Source: a virus
DNA length: 64,000 bases
Direction: 5' to 3' (one strand)
Virus genome (UHGV): UHGV-1579991
In this document: one piece after another, positions 1 to 8,186 of the stretch
Layout of the letters: each line of letters starts with the position of its first letter
Position numbering within the stretch: position 1 is the stretch's first letter
The notes under the pieces: model-generated
What the model was told of the DNA's origin: nothing
The model's input: only the letters and a program-made list of their open reading frames with translations
Database searches by the model: none
Program-made: the position numbers and the translations under genes

Positions 1-180
1 ACAACTCCACTTGCGCACAATGTATCAATCACTGAACAATGTTCTTAGCATCAATGAGGTCGCCAAATTGTGCTGAGGTGGGCGACAACTCCACTTGCGC
101 ACAATGTATCAATCACTGAACAATGTTCTTAGCATCAATGAGGTCGCCAAATTGTGCTGAGGTGGGTGATGACTCCACTT
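1..180. repeat. tandem direct repeat, 84-bp unit, about 2.1 copies (1-84; 85-168 with one mismatch; partial copy 169-180)
   Basis: Read directly from the sequence. The window starts inside the array, so further copies may lie upstream. Confidence 0.85.
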
Positions 181-197
181 ACAAATAACACAAAAAT

Positions 198-223
198 GCT
201 CCACTGAGAAATCTCAGTGGAGC
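198..223 (-). terminator. rho-independent terminator-like hairpin (11-bp stem, 4-nt loop) downstream of the gene ending at 251
   Basis: gctccactgag/aaat/ctcagtggagc; on the minus strand it is followed by a T-rich run (complement of caaaaat). Confidence 0.6.
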
Positions 224-250
224 ATTGCTTATATGTGAAGCATCTGTCAG

Positions 251-773
251 TTAGCTGACTTTCTTTGCATTCTTAAGTATGATTGATACGATATCACTAT
301 TGTTAACTTTGACAGATGGGTTTGACATTGGCAATGTAAACTTATCACCAACACCCAATGGATACTGCCATGCCATAGAAGTTAACAGTATAGGATTGCC
401 ACCAGGGCTTGTGCTGTTGATGTTGGCATACGCATTGATGTTGTAAATATTGCCGGTGCCACGGCCATCTGCTGCATAACAGCCAAAGCCAATTTTTGCA
501 GCAAAGTTTGAGTAGTCATAAGCTTTTGGCATCATTAACGCACCAATGGCGTAAGTTTCACCACCGCGGCATTCCATCATTTTGATAGGAAAGCCTGACG
601 TTGGTATGTTAACTGTCACATTGTCAAGCGATATTGTACCTTGTATCGCCATTGTTTCAGTAGTGCCAAAGTTGTACAATGAAGCATCACCAATAACAAG
701 CTGCAGGTAGACTAATTTAGAGCCCCCCCGCTAGCCCTTGTTGACGCTCAAACCAAAATTGTGGAGTTTTCAT
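251..773 (-). CDS. MKT-leader family protein A; leader and body are in different frames as sequenced (poly-G switch)
   Basis: Leader ORF MKTPQFWFERQQGLAGGL* (ATG at 773, stop 717-719). Body frame is open 251-730 with no ATG (track start is TTG at 679). Frames differ by +1 at the C7 run 723-729; one fewer G fuses leader to body. Paralogous leader at 2337. Confidence 0.5.
723..729 (-). repeat. homopolymeric tract, C7 on plus strand (G7 on coding strand), at leader/body junction of gene A
   Basis: Read directly from the sequence. Confidence 0.9.
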
Positions 774-832
774 ATGTTATATGTTTGAATGTTGTAAGAT
801 ATGTACATATTACATACAAAACTCCTCAAATT

Positions 833-1220
833 ATGAACAATACAATGAACTGGGGGGGGGACACAACAAGCCCTCCGAAGTAAGGCTGTGCAAGTAACAT
901 TTCTTGACTACAATGATGGCTATGAGACTTCATTTGAAACTATTGAAGTTCGTACAAACATGCGCACAATAGCAAATCTTATGAATGAATCTATGCCATT
1001 TGCACTAAAAGATAACGAATATGTCAAACAGTTTATCTTTGACATTTTCAATGGCAATGACAGCAGCAGTGTCGAAGTTACAATAACGTACAATGGCGAA
1101 ACAATATACACGGAAGACATACCGCCACAAGAAAGCTCGACATCATTACGTGCATATCTATCACTAAGACAAACAATCATAGGTGAAACGAATATGATTA
1201 GAGTTATTGAACACCTCTAA
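833..1220 (+). CDS. MNNTMNW-leader family protein B; leader and body are in different frames as sequenced (poly-G switch)
   Basis: Leader ORF MNNTMNWGGDTTSPPK* (ATG 833, stop 881-883). Body frame is open 849-1220 (track start is GTG at 888). Frames differ by +1 at the G9 run 852-860; one fewer G gives MNNTMNWGG-TQQALRSKAVQVTF... Confidence 0.5.
852..860 (+). repeat. homopolymeric tract G9 at leader/body junction of gene B
   Basis: Read directly from the sequence. Confidence 0.9.
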
Positions 1221-1231
1221 ACATCAAAAAA

Positions 1232-1259
1232 AACTCCGCTGAAATTTCTCAGTGGAGTT
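1232..1259. terminator. bidirectional terminator-like hairpin between convergent genes B (+) and C (-)
   Basis: About 11-bp stem with one G-T pair, flanked by an A8 run upstream and a T6 run downstream. Confidence 0.6.
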
Positions 1260-1276
1260 TTTTGATGTTGTAAATA

Positions 1277-1616
1277 TCAATCAATGTAATTGAATGCGAC
1301 ATTGAAATTGGTGCTACTAAGTTTACGACTCATCTCTGCAGGTGATGGCGTTACGCCCATTAGCTGAAATTTGCATTTCATAGTTGAGTCTACTATTGCA
1401 GTAACTGTGGCGCTGCCAGTGTATTGTTCAGAACCAACGCCACTGCTAAATAGCTTAACTAATTTAGTTGCAAGCTTATTGTTGACATCATAGTACGTAA
1501 TGTTTGCTGAGCCCTGCTTTGTTGAATTACATGTCACATTGTACTTAGCAGTCTTGTACGCCGGTCCAGCTTGGAGGGCTTGTTGTGCCCCCCCCCCAGT
1601 TCATTGTGTTGTTCAT
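1277..1616 (-). CDS. MNNTMNW-leader family protein C; leader and body are in different frames as sequenced (poly-G switch)
   Basis: Leader ORF MNNTMNWGGGTTSPPSWTGVQDC* (ATG 1616, stop 1545-1547). Body frame is open 1277-1600 (track start is GTG at 1537). C10 run 1588-1597; one fewer G gives MNNTMNWGG-AQQALQAGPAYKTAKYNV... About 70 nt of 5' UTR plus leader is nearly identical to gene B. Confidence 0.5.
1588..1597 (-). repeat. homopolymeric tract, C10 on plus strand (G10 on coding strand), at leader/body junction of gene C
   Basis: Read directly from the sequence. Confidence 0.9.
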
Positions 1617-1640
1617 GATTTGAGGAGTTTTATGTGAAAC

Positions 1641-2337
1641 TTACGCATATTTAAGTGAGTTTTGAATTTCATAGACATGTATCATGCTTGACGTACCTGC
1701 AACAATTGCACTAAACGCATTCATCAAAGGCGCCACATAGTCTGACGCAACAAACTGCCATGGTTCACATGCTTGCAATGTGCCAGCTACACTGCCGCCA
1801 ATCGTGAACGCAGAATTCAATCTATTTGACGCCAATACTGCAGTAGCAGTTATTAAGTTATCACTAATCATAACTTCTGCATTGACTGATACTCGTCTTG
1901 TGAGATTTACAGAAGTTTCAATAGTGCCTGACAAAGAACCTGCACGTGAATTTGATATTGTCAATCTTGCAGAGTATAAGTCGGGGAAGTCTATATTCAA
2001 TGTCGTCCTGTTGCCATAAATGATAGTGAAACTATTTGATATTAGTGATGCATCAGCTTCGTTATTTGCATCAAGCAACGCAAAACTGTGCGGTCTTGTA
2101 GTATCACCAGCAAGTTCTTTGTATTTATTGCCACGTAGCACGAATGTCAAAGAGCCGTCTTCGAATGTAACGAAGTTTGCATTGTAGACATTACCAGTGT
2201 CTTCACAATATAGCCAAACTGGCAAGCCGCATACAGCATGGTCTGCGTTATCTGTAGCATACAATGTGATAATAGTGTCACGAAGAGCCCCCCGCGATTG
2301 ACTGCTGGCGTTCAAACCAGAGTTGAGTAGTTTTCAT
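1641..2337 (-). CDS. MKT-leader family protein D; leader and body are in different frames as sequenced (poly-G switch)
   Basis: Leader ORF MKTTQLWFERQQSIAGGSS* (ATG 2337, stop 2278-2280). Body frame is open 1641-2333 with no ATG (track start is TTG at 2315). C6 run 2288-2293; one fewer G gives ...QQSIAG-ALRDTIITLY... Confidence 0.5.
2288..2293 (-). repeat. homopolymeric tract, C6 on plus strand (G6 on coding strand), at leader/body junction of gene D
   Basis: Read directly from the sequence. Confidence 0.9.
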
Positions 2338-2406
2338 AAGCGAAAAGACTTTTGTATGTGAAATTTATTGACATATTATATATCATGCTGCACTACGCAC
2401 AAAAAG

Positions 2407-2435
2407 AAGAGCATCGGTTGAAAACCGATGCTCTT
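2407..2435 (-). terminator. rho-independent terminator-like hairpin downstream of the gene ending at 2460
   Basis: aagagcatcgg...ccgatgctctt, 11-13 bp stem; T-rich run follows on the minus strand. Confidence 0.6.
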
Positions 2436-2459
2436 TCAAGTTCTGCTGTGAACAGTTCA

Positions 2460-3074
2460 CTATGATACAGTCCACGGGCAGTTTGCAGTAACCGTAACCG
2501 TAACAGCAGGAGTACCGGCCTGAGGAATCGTGATTTCCTGCTTGTCGAGTACCAGCGTCGGGTCACCAGCAGCCTGAACGATTGCAATCTGAGCAGTCTG
2601 AGCACCGTTGGCAGTTACCAAAATCGATGTCGTACGCTCGTCAATCGTCAAGTTGGCGGGAATATCAAGCTCAATGCTGAACGCAAACTCAGCGCTAGCA
2701 CCAGGGTCACCTGTAATTGCGACGCCATTGCCGGTTTCTGCACCAGCAACTGCGTACTTTGCAGGCAGCTCAATAACGAACTCGCCACCATCAACGATGC
2801 TGAATGCCAGCTTCGATGAGTTAGATACACCAGTTACGGTAAGAGTACCACCAGCCTTGGGAGCTGACATCTCTGAGCCGTTGTCAAATGACACGAACTC
2901 AGCCTTTGCAGTCTGCTGTACATTGTACGTTGAAGGCGCTGCAATACCAGCACCCTGAACGGTTACAACACCAGTACGTGCAACACGACCAGTGTGGGCG
3001 TCAGCAGAGTTGGAAATTGAACCATTACCCGAACCAGACGTCGGGGACAGTTTCAACCATGCGGGTTTAGCCAT
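2460..3074 (-). CDS. protein with Ig/BACON-like N-terminal domain (paralog 1 of 3), 204 aa
   Basis: N-terminus MAKPAWLKLSPTSGSGNGS...AHTGR is shared with the next two genes; the pattern resembles BACON/Ig-like domains (motif-level only). Confidence 0.7.
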   Translation of the reverse strand: MAKPAWLKLSPTSGSGNGSISNSADAHTGRVARTGVVTVQGAGIAAPSTYNVQQTAKAEFVSFDNGSEMSAPKAGGTLTVTGVSNSSKLAFSIVDGGEFVIELPAKYAVAGAETGNGVAITGDPGASAEFAFSIELDIPANLTIDERTTSILVTANGAQTAQIAIVQAAGDPTLVLDKQEITIPQAGTPAVTVTVTANCPWTVS

Positions 3075-3131
3075 TGTTCAAAATTGTTTATTAAGTGAGT
3101 GTATATGTTACAAAAATTCGATGATTGCTCA

Positions 3132-3731
3132 TCAAAGAATTTTCCAAGAAGCGTTTGATGTCAAATTCATTGTGATTGTCGTGCCATCATCATCAACTGT
3201 TACAGATTCTGTACTCAGCACAAGAGTTGCTGCAGCAGCTGCTTGAGTAATGCTAACATTCAATGATTTGCCACCAGGAGTTGTCACAGTCAATACAAAT
3301 GATTTCTGTTCAATTGTCAAATTTTGCGGCACTGTAACTTCAATTGACCAAGCAAACTTTGCAATATATCCTGGGTCATTTGCAATTGCAGCATCATTTG
3401 TTGCAGCAGTGCCATTTGCAGTGTACGCAGTCGGAATGTTAAGATTCGGATTTGCAGTTGCAAATTTTAGCTTTGCTGCATTAGACTCACCAGAAACGAC
3501 AATTTTTGTGGTGGCTGCAGTCACATTGTATGATGCTGTGCCAGATACAAATTCTGCAAGAGCAGCTTGGTTGATTGTTGCTTGCTTTGTAACTGTTGGT
3601 GTGGTCTTCGTTTGCACAGTCGCAATTGTGCTACGAATGCCTCTGCCGGTATGAGCTCCTGCAGTAAATGCCAGGATGTCATTGCCCTCACCAGACATCG
3701 GTGAACACTGTGCCCATATAGCTTTTGCCAT
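3132..3731 (-). CDS. protein with Ig/BACON-like N-terminal domain (paralog 2 of 3), 199 aa
   Basis: N-terminus MAKAIWAQCSPMSGEGND...AHTGR; C-terminus is Thr/Ala-rich and variable. Confidence 0.7.
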   Translation of the reverse strand: MAKAIWAQCSPMSGEGNDILAFTAGAHTGRGIRSTIATVQTKTTPTVTKQATINQAALAEFVSGTASYNVTAATTKIVVSGESNAAKLKFATANPNLNIPTAYTANGTAATNDAAIANDPGYIAKFAWSIEVTVPQNLTIEQKSFVLTVTTPGGKSLNVSITQAAAAATLVLSTESVTVDDDGTTITMNLTSNASWKIL

Positions 3732-3802
3732 TGTTACTGTGCAATTTTTAATTGTTTGACATATTATTTATATGCATTGCTTAAGCAATGTTGAATTGAC
3801 AT

Positions 3803-6800
3803 TTATCGAACAAGGAATGACGTACCAACAACCATATTTGGGATTGCCAAGCCATTGCCAGACTGGCTTACTGCAACTGTGCCACTTGTGTAACCTGACA
3901 ATGCTGCAGTAATTGTTGCCGACCTGCTGTTATCTGAACCCCAGTTATTTGCAGCGGACAATGTCGAACCACTGATTGTGAATGCGCCATTGTTCGATGA
4001 GTACGTTGGAGTAACCGCAGCATCTGATGTTGCAGACTGACCTGTCGTGTATGTTGTGACGGTTCGACCTGTCGTAGACAATGTTGCAGTGCCACCAGCA
4101 GCTCCAAAGCTTGTAACAGTTGAGCTAACAATCAGTGTCTTCGTAGTAGAAGTCACACTGTTGGCTTCCTGTGTAGCAGTGATTGCTTTTGAGCCAGTTT
4201 GACCATTCAACGCAACCGTCATATTGACTGTTGCAGTTCTTGCAGAACCAGCTGTTGTGCCACGATTTGCAGCAGTCAATGAACCTGTTGTACTACTGTT
4301 AAGTGTAAAGCCAGTAGTTGCAGCCATACTGTATGAAATCGTACCACCAGACGTAATAGTGGTTTTTGAACCACTTGTGTACGTTGCTGTCTGCGAATAT
4401 GCTGGCGTGCCTGTTGGAGTCTTTGTTGCACCTGCTGCAGCAAATGTTGCATATGATGTTGCTGTAGTAACTGTGACTGCACTGTATGATACACTGTTAG
4501 CTGCTTGATAAACATCAAGAGCTTTTGTAGCAGTCTTAGACCCTTCACCAGTAGCAGTTGCAGTCAAAGTGCCAATCTTTGTACGAGCTTTGACTGTAGT
4601 GCCAAGCGATGATGCGCTGACTTTTGTGCTATACGTAATGCTAACTGAGCCTGCCCTTGTGCTGCCAGACGTATATGTAATTGTCTGTGATGCACTGATG
4701 CCAGACATTGATGCGACTTCACCACCGCCAGCAGGAATATCTGATACAGAACCACCAGAGATTGTTACTGCGCCATATGTCGTAATTGCATTTGCAGCTT
4801 GGTACACATCTACTGCTTTTGTTCCAGATTTGCCATTGACTGTTACAGTAACAGTAGATGTTGTAATCTTTGTGCGAACTTTAGCAGTAGTGCCAAGCGA
4901 ACTACCAGACACTGCGCCAGTAGACGTTGTTACACCAGTGCCAGACCATGATTTGCTACCACCAGATGTAACTGTCTGTGTTGAGCCACTTGACCAAGTA
5001 ACTGACTGACTGAATGACACTGTAGGCGTAACTGAACCACCACCTGCAGGAATATCGCCATAAGTCATCGAAACTGTTGGCGTGCCATATGTAGCAGCAT
5101 TAGCATTTTGAGATGCAGTAGCAGTCTTTGTTCCACTGATAGTCTTTGTGCCTGCTGCGTTGTATGATGCAGTTGGCGTCCATGTAGCCTTTACAGTCTT
5201 TGTAACTGTTGGCGATGTAGTTGCGCCACTTGCAGTAGTGCCCTTTGATGATGCTGTTATAGCACCAGTAGATGCATTGAGTGCAGTGAACAATCCTGAT
5301 GCGCCTGGCCAGCTATATGATGTTGTAGTTGACAATGAACCATACGTAGATGCTGGCGCAGTAGTTGAAGTACTGCCACTACTAAAGTGGTATGTTACTG
5401 TGTTTGCACCATTTGACGGTGTAGATGTTCCGCCGCCTGCAGCAATTGCAGGATATGACATCGAACCAACTGCAATATTGAGTGCAGTCACATAGTTGCC
5501 TGCCTGATAAATCGTGGCAGACTTGCTGGCAGATTTGCCGTTCATTGTGACTTTAACAGTCAGTGTACCTGCAGTAGTCTGGTTAGATATTGTAGTACCC
5601 TTTGATTGCACAGTGACTGTCGATGTATACTCAATTGTTCCGCCGCTTGTCAGTGTTTCTGTCGTCTTTTCACCAGTAGCATATGTCGTAGTTTTGACCT
5701 GCGAGTAAGTTACTGTGCCAGATTTTACAGAACCGCCGCTTGCTGCAATGATAGTTGCAGACGGTGTCAAGTTAACTGTGATATCGCTATATGTAACTGT
5801 GCCGGCAGATTGAGCTGCTTGATAAACATCTGCAGCTTTTGATGCAGACTTACCATTGAGTGCTACTGTGACAGTCAATGTGCCAATCTTTGTTCGTGGC
5901 TTAACTGTTGTGCCAAGTGATGATGCAGTGATACCTGCTGCTGGACTGTATGAAATTGTTGCACCAGTAGTGATGTTCTGTGTTGAAGTTGATGTGTATG
6001 TTGCAGTCTGCGAATATGACACATTGCCGCTCTTAATTGTACCACCAGTTACAGGAATATCTGCTACAGTGAAGCTTGAAATTGTAACTGCGCCATATGA
6101 CACAGTGTTTGCAGCTTGCTTGACTGTGCAAGAACCAGTTTTTGTAACACCGCCCTCAGTGTATGAGCCGGAAATTGTAATGCTGCGTTCTGCGCCTACG
6201 ACTGTTGTGCGATTTGCTGCAGTTACTGTAGTAGTCGACAATGTAAAGCCAGTTGCTGAACCGCTAAGTGTTGCAGATACTGCAGCAGATGACGTTGAGC
6301 CTGATGCATATGTGTATGACGCTGTTGAAGTGATTGTAGTTGAACCGCCACCAGCTGCCAATGTTGCAGCGCCAGGTGTCAATGTCAAGCCATTCAGCGT
6401 CTTTGAGTTTGCAGTTTGTGTTGCAGTAGCAGTTTTTGTAGCAGATTTGCCATTGATTGCTACCGTAACTGTGACAGCATTTGAAGCATCAGTAGAGCCT
6501 ACATATGATGTGCCCATTGACGTTACAGTCAATGCGCCACTTGTTGTATTCAATGTCCAGCGTGACTTAGCAGTCATTGCATAAGACAATGTAGCGCCAC
6601 TTGTCAATGTGCCACCTGAGCCAGCTACACCATTCCAAGTCCAAACTTGTGAATATGAAACAGTTGGATTTGATGTACCACCAGCCGGAGCAATATTTGC
6701 ATATGAGAATGTTCCAATGACAGGCGTTTCATAGACTTTAACGCCTGCAGCTTGGTTGAACGTAATATCTTTTGATGCAGACTTGCCATTTGCAGTGACT

Positions 6801-8131
6801 GTCAAGGTAACAACAAATCCATTACGTGCAGCAGTAGAATTGTTGTTTGTCACTGTGACATTCAAGCCAGATAAGCTATAGCCTGTTACAGCAGTTTTAA
6901 CCACAGCAGTCCATGTGCCACCTGATGCATTACTATCAGTCGAGCCACTGCTATATGTCATTGACTGCGTAAATGTTGCAGATGCATTGACTGCAACAGT
7001 TTGACCTGCTACTGCAAGAGCAACTGGTGTTGTCTTTGTAATGACTGGCGTACCATACGTAATGCTGTTAGCAGCTTGTGTAATCGATACAGTAGCAGTT
7101 GCATTGCCATATGACGCTGTGCCACTAAATGACCGAGCATCACCGACAGTCTTGCCACGATTTGCAGATGTTACAGAATTTGCAGATATCGTAAATCCTG
7201 TTGCTGTGCCTGTAATTGTTGGCTTGACATTTGTTTCAGTAGATGTAACAACACCGTTCCATGTCACAGTGTACGTACCAGTGATGGTTGATGTTCCACC
7301 TGCTGCAGTATGACTTGTTGAATATGTGTTCAAAGCAAGCTTGTACACAACTGAACCAGCTGCTTGCGAGCATTTAACAGTCTTCGACAAACTATGACCA
7401 CTTACAGTCAATGTGGGCGTAACTGCTGCAGTTGATGCGTTGTTTGGCGTGTTAACTGTAATTGTTGCAGGACCTGTGCCAGATGCTTTTGAGACTGACC
7501 AACCTGCAGGTACACCCGAAATTGTCCATGCAAAGTCAGGATTACAAGAAATTGCGAATGTCTTCGATTCACCTTTTGCAACAAATGACAAAGTTTCTGG
7601 TGATACTGCCAATGTTGCACTTGCACCAGCTTGATTTACAGTGAATGTTGCAGATTTGCCACCAGGCGTTGACAATGTGAAAGTGAATGCCTTTGCAGCG
7701 ATTGCAGTATGTGCAGCAATCTGCACTCGTACAATGACTTCAAATTCTGCATTGACACCAGGGTCATTGTCAAAGTTTGTGTTGAGCGCATAATATTTGC
7801 CTGCAACAGTCACGCCAAGCACTGTGCCACTTGCAGTGCCGCCAGTACTGCCAAGCACAAGTTTTTGTGCATTTGTGACACATTTCAATGTTGCAATAGT
7901 GCCACCATTTGACGCAATGTTTGTAGATGCAACTGTAGCTCGTATAGTTTCACCAGGAGACTCTTGCAATACTGCACAGTTTTCAGTTACTACTGGTGAA
8001 CCTGTAGTTGTTTGTGCAGTAAAGCTGCCAGACCTGTTGTTTCGACCAGTATGCACAAATGCTTTGACAGACAACTGCGAGTTGCCTGTGCCAACATCAG
8101 GTGTAACTGTCAACCAAGTAGGCTTTGCCAT
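3803..8131 (-). CDS. large Thr/Ser/Gly-rich multi-repeat Ig-like protein (paralog 3 of 3), 1442 aa; likely virion surface, fibre or adhesin
   Basis: N-terminus MAKPTWLTVTPDVGTGNS...HTGR, followed by more than 10 repeats each ending in a x-Q-A-A-N type motif (VYQAAN, ITQAAN, VKQAAN, ATQTAN, TFNQAAG). Confidence 0.8.
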   Translation of the reverse strand: MAKPTWLTVTPDVGTGNSQLSVKAFVHTGRNNRSGSFTAQTTTGSPVVTENCAVLQESPGETIRATVASTNIASNGGTIATLKCVTNAQKLVLGSTGGTASGTVLGVTVAGKYYALNTNFDNDPGVNAEFEVIVRVQIAAHTAIAAKAFTFTLSTPGGKSATFTVNQAGASATLAVSPETLSFVAKGESKTFAISCNPDFAWTISGVPAGWSVSKASGTGPATITVNTPNNASTAAVTPTLTVSGHSLSKTVKCSQAAGSVVYKLALNTYSTSHTAAGGTSTITGTYTVTWNGVVTSTETNVKPTITGTATGFTISANSVTSANRGKTVGDARSFSGTASYGNATATVSITQAANSITYGTPVITKTTPVALAVAGQTVAVNASATFTQSMTYSSGSTDSNASGGTWTAVVKTAVTGYSLSGLNVTVTNNNSTAARNGFVVTLTVTANGKSASKDITFNQAAGVKVYETPVIGTFSYANIAPAGGTSNPTVSYSQVWTWNGVAGSGGTLTSGATLSYAMTAKSRWTLNTTSGALTVTSMGTSYVGSTDASNAVTVTVAINGKSATKTATATQTANSKTLNGLTLTPGAATLAAGGGSTTITSTASYTYASGSTSSAAVSATLSGSATGFTLSTTTVTAANRTTVVGAERSITISGSYTEGGVTKTGSCTVKQAANTVSYGAVTISSFTVADIPVTGGTIKSGNVSYSQTATYTSTSTQNITTGATISYSPAAGITASSLGTTVKPRTKIGTLTVTVALNGKSASKAADVYQAAQSAGTVTYSDITVNLTPSATIIAASGGSVKSGTVTYSQVKTTTYATGEKTTETLTSGGTIEYTSTVTVQSKGTTISNQTTAGTLTVKVTMNGKSASKSATIYQAGNYVTALNIAVGSMSYPAIAAGGGTSTPSNGANTVTYHFSSGSTSTTAPASTYGSLSTTTSYSWPGASGLFTALNASTGAITASSKGTTASGATTSPTVTKTVKATWTPTASYNAAGTKTISGTKTATASQNANAATYGTPTVSMTYGDIPAGGGSVTPTVSFSQSVTWSSGSTQTVTSGGSKSWSGTGVTTSTGAVSGSSLGTTAKVRTKITTSTVTVTVNGKSGTKAVDVYQAANAITTYGAVTISGGSVSDIPAGGGEVASMSGISASQTITYTSGSTRAGSVSITYSTKVSASSLGTTVKARTKIGTLTATATGEGSKTATKALDVYQAANSVSYSAVTVTTATSYATFAAAGATKTPTGTPAYSQTATYTSGSKTTITSGGTISYSMAATTGFTLNSSTTGSLTAANRGTTAGSARTATVNMTVALNGQTGSKAITATQEANSVTSTTKTLIVSSTVTSFGAAGGTATLSTTGRTVTTYTTGQSATSDAAVTPTYSSNNGAFTISGSTLSAANNWGSDNSRSATITAALSGYTSGTVAVSQSGNGLAIPNMVVGTSFLVR

Positions 8132-8186
8132 TTTATGTCGTTTTATTATTTTCTGTGATATTTACACACACAATGTAACCTGCATT

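Noticed and set aside
1-180. CRISPR array
   Set aside because: The tandem repeats here and at 15305-15377 and 41895-41970 are directly adjacent copies with no spacers, only 2-3 units each, and no cas genes were recognised.
251-2337. Independent translation of the four bodies from their TTG/GTG starts, with the leaders as separate upstream peptides
   Set aside because: None of the bodies has an ATG near its start, gene D has no start candidate near the leader stop, and homology between genes B and C continues through the tract in the fused frame. Not fully excluded for B and C, where the leader stop sits 4-8 nt before the GTG.
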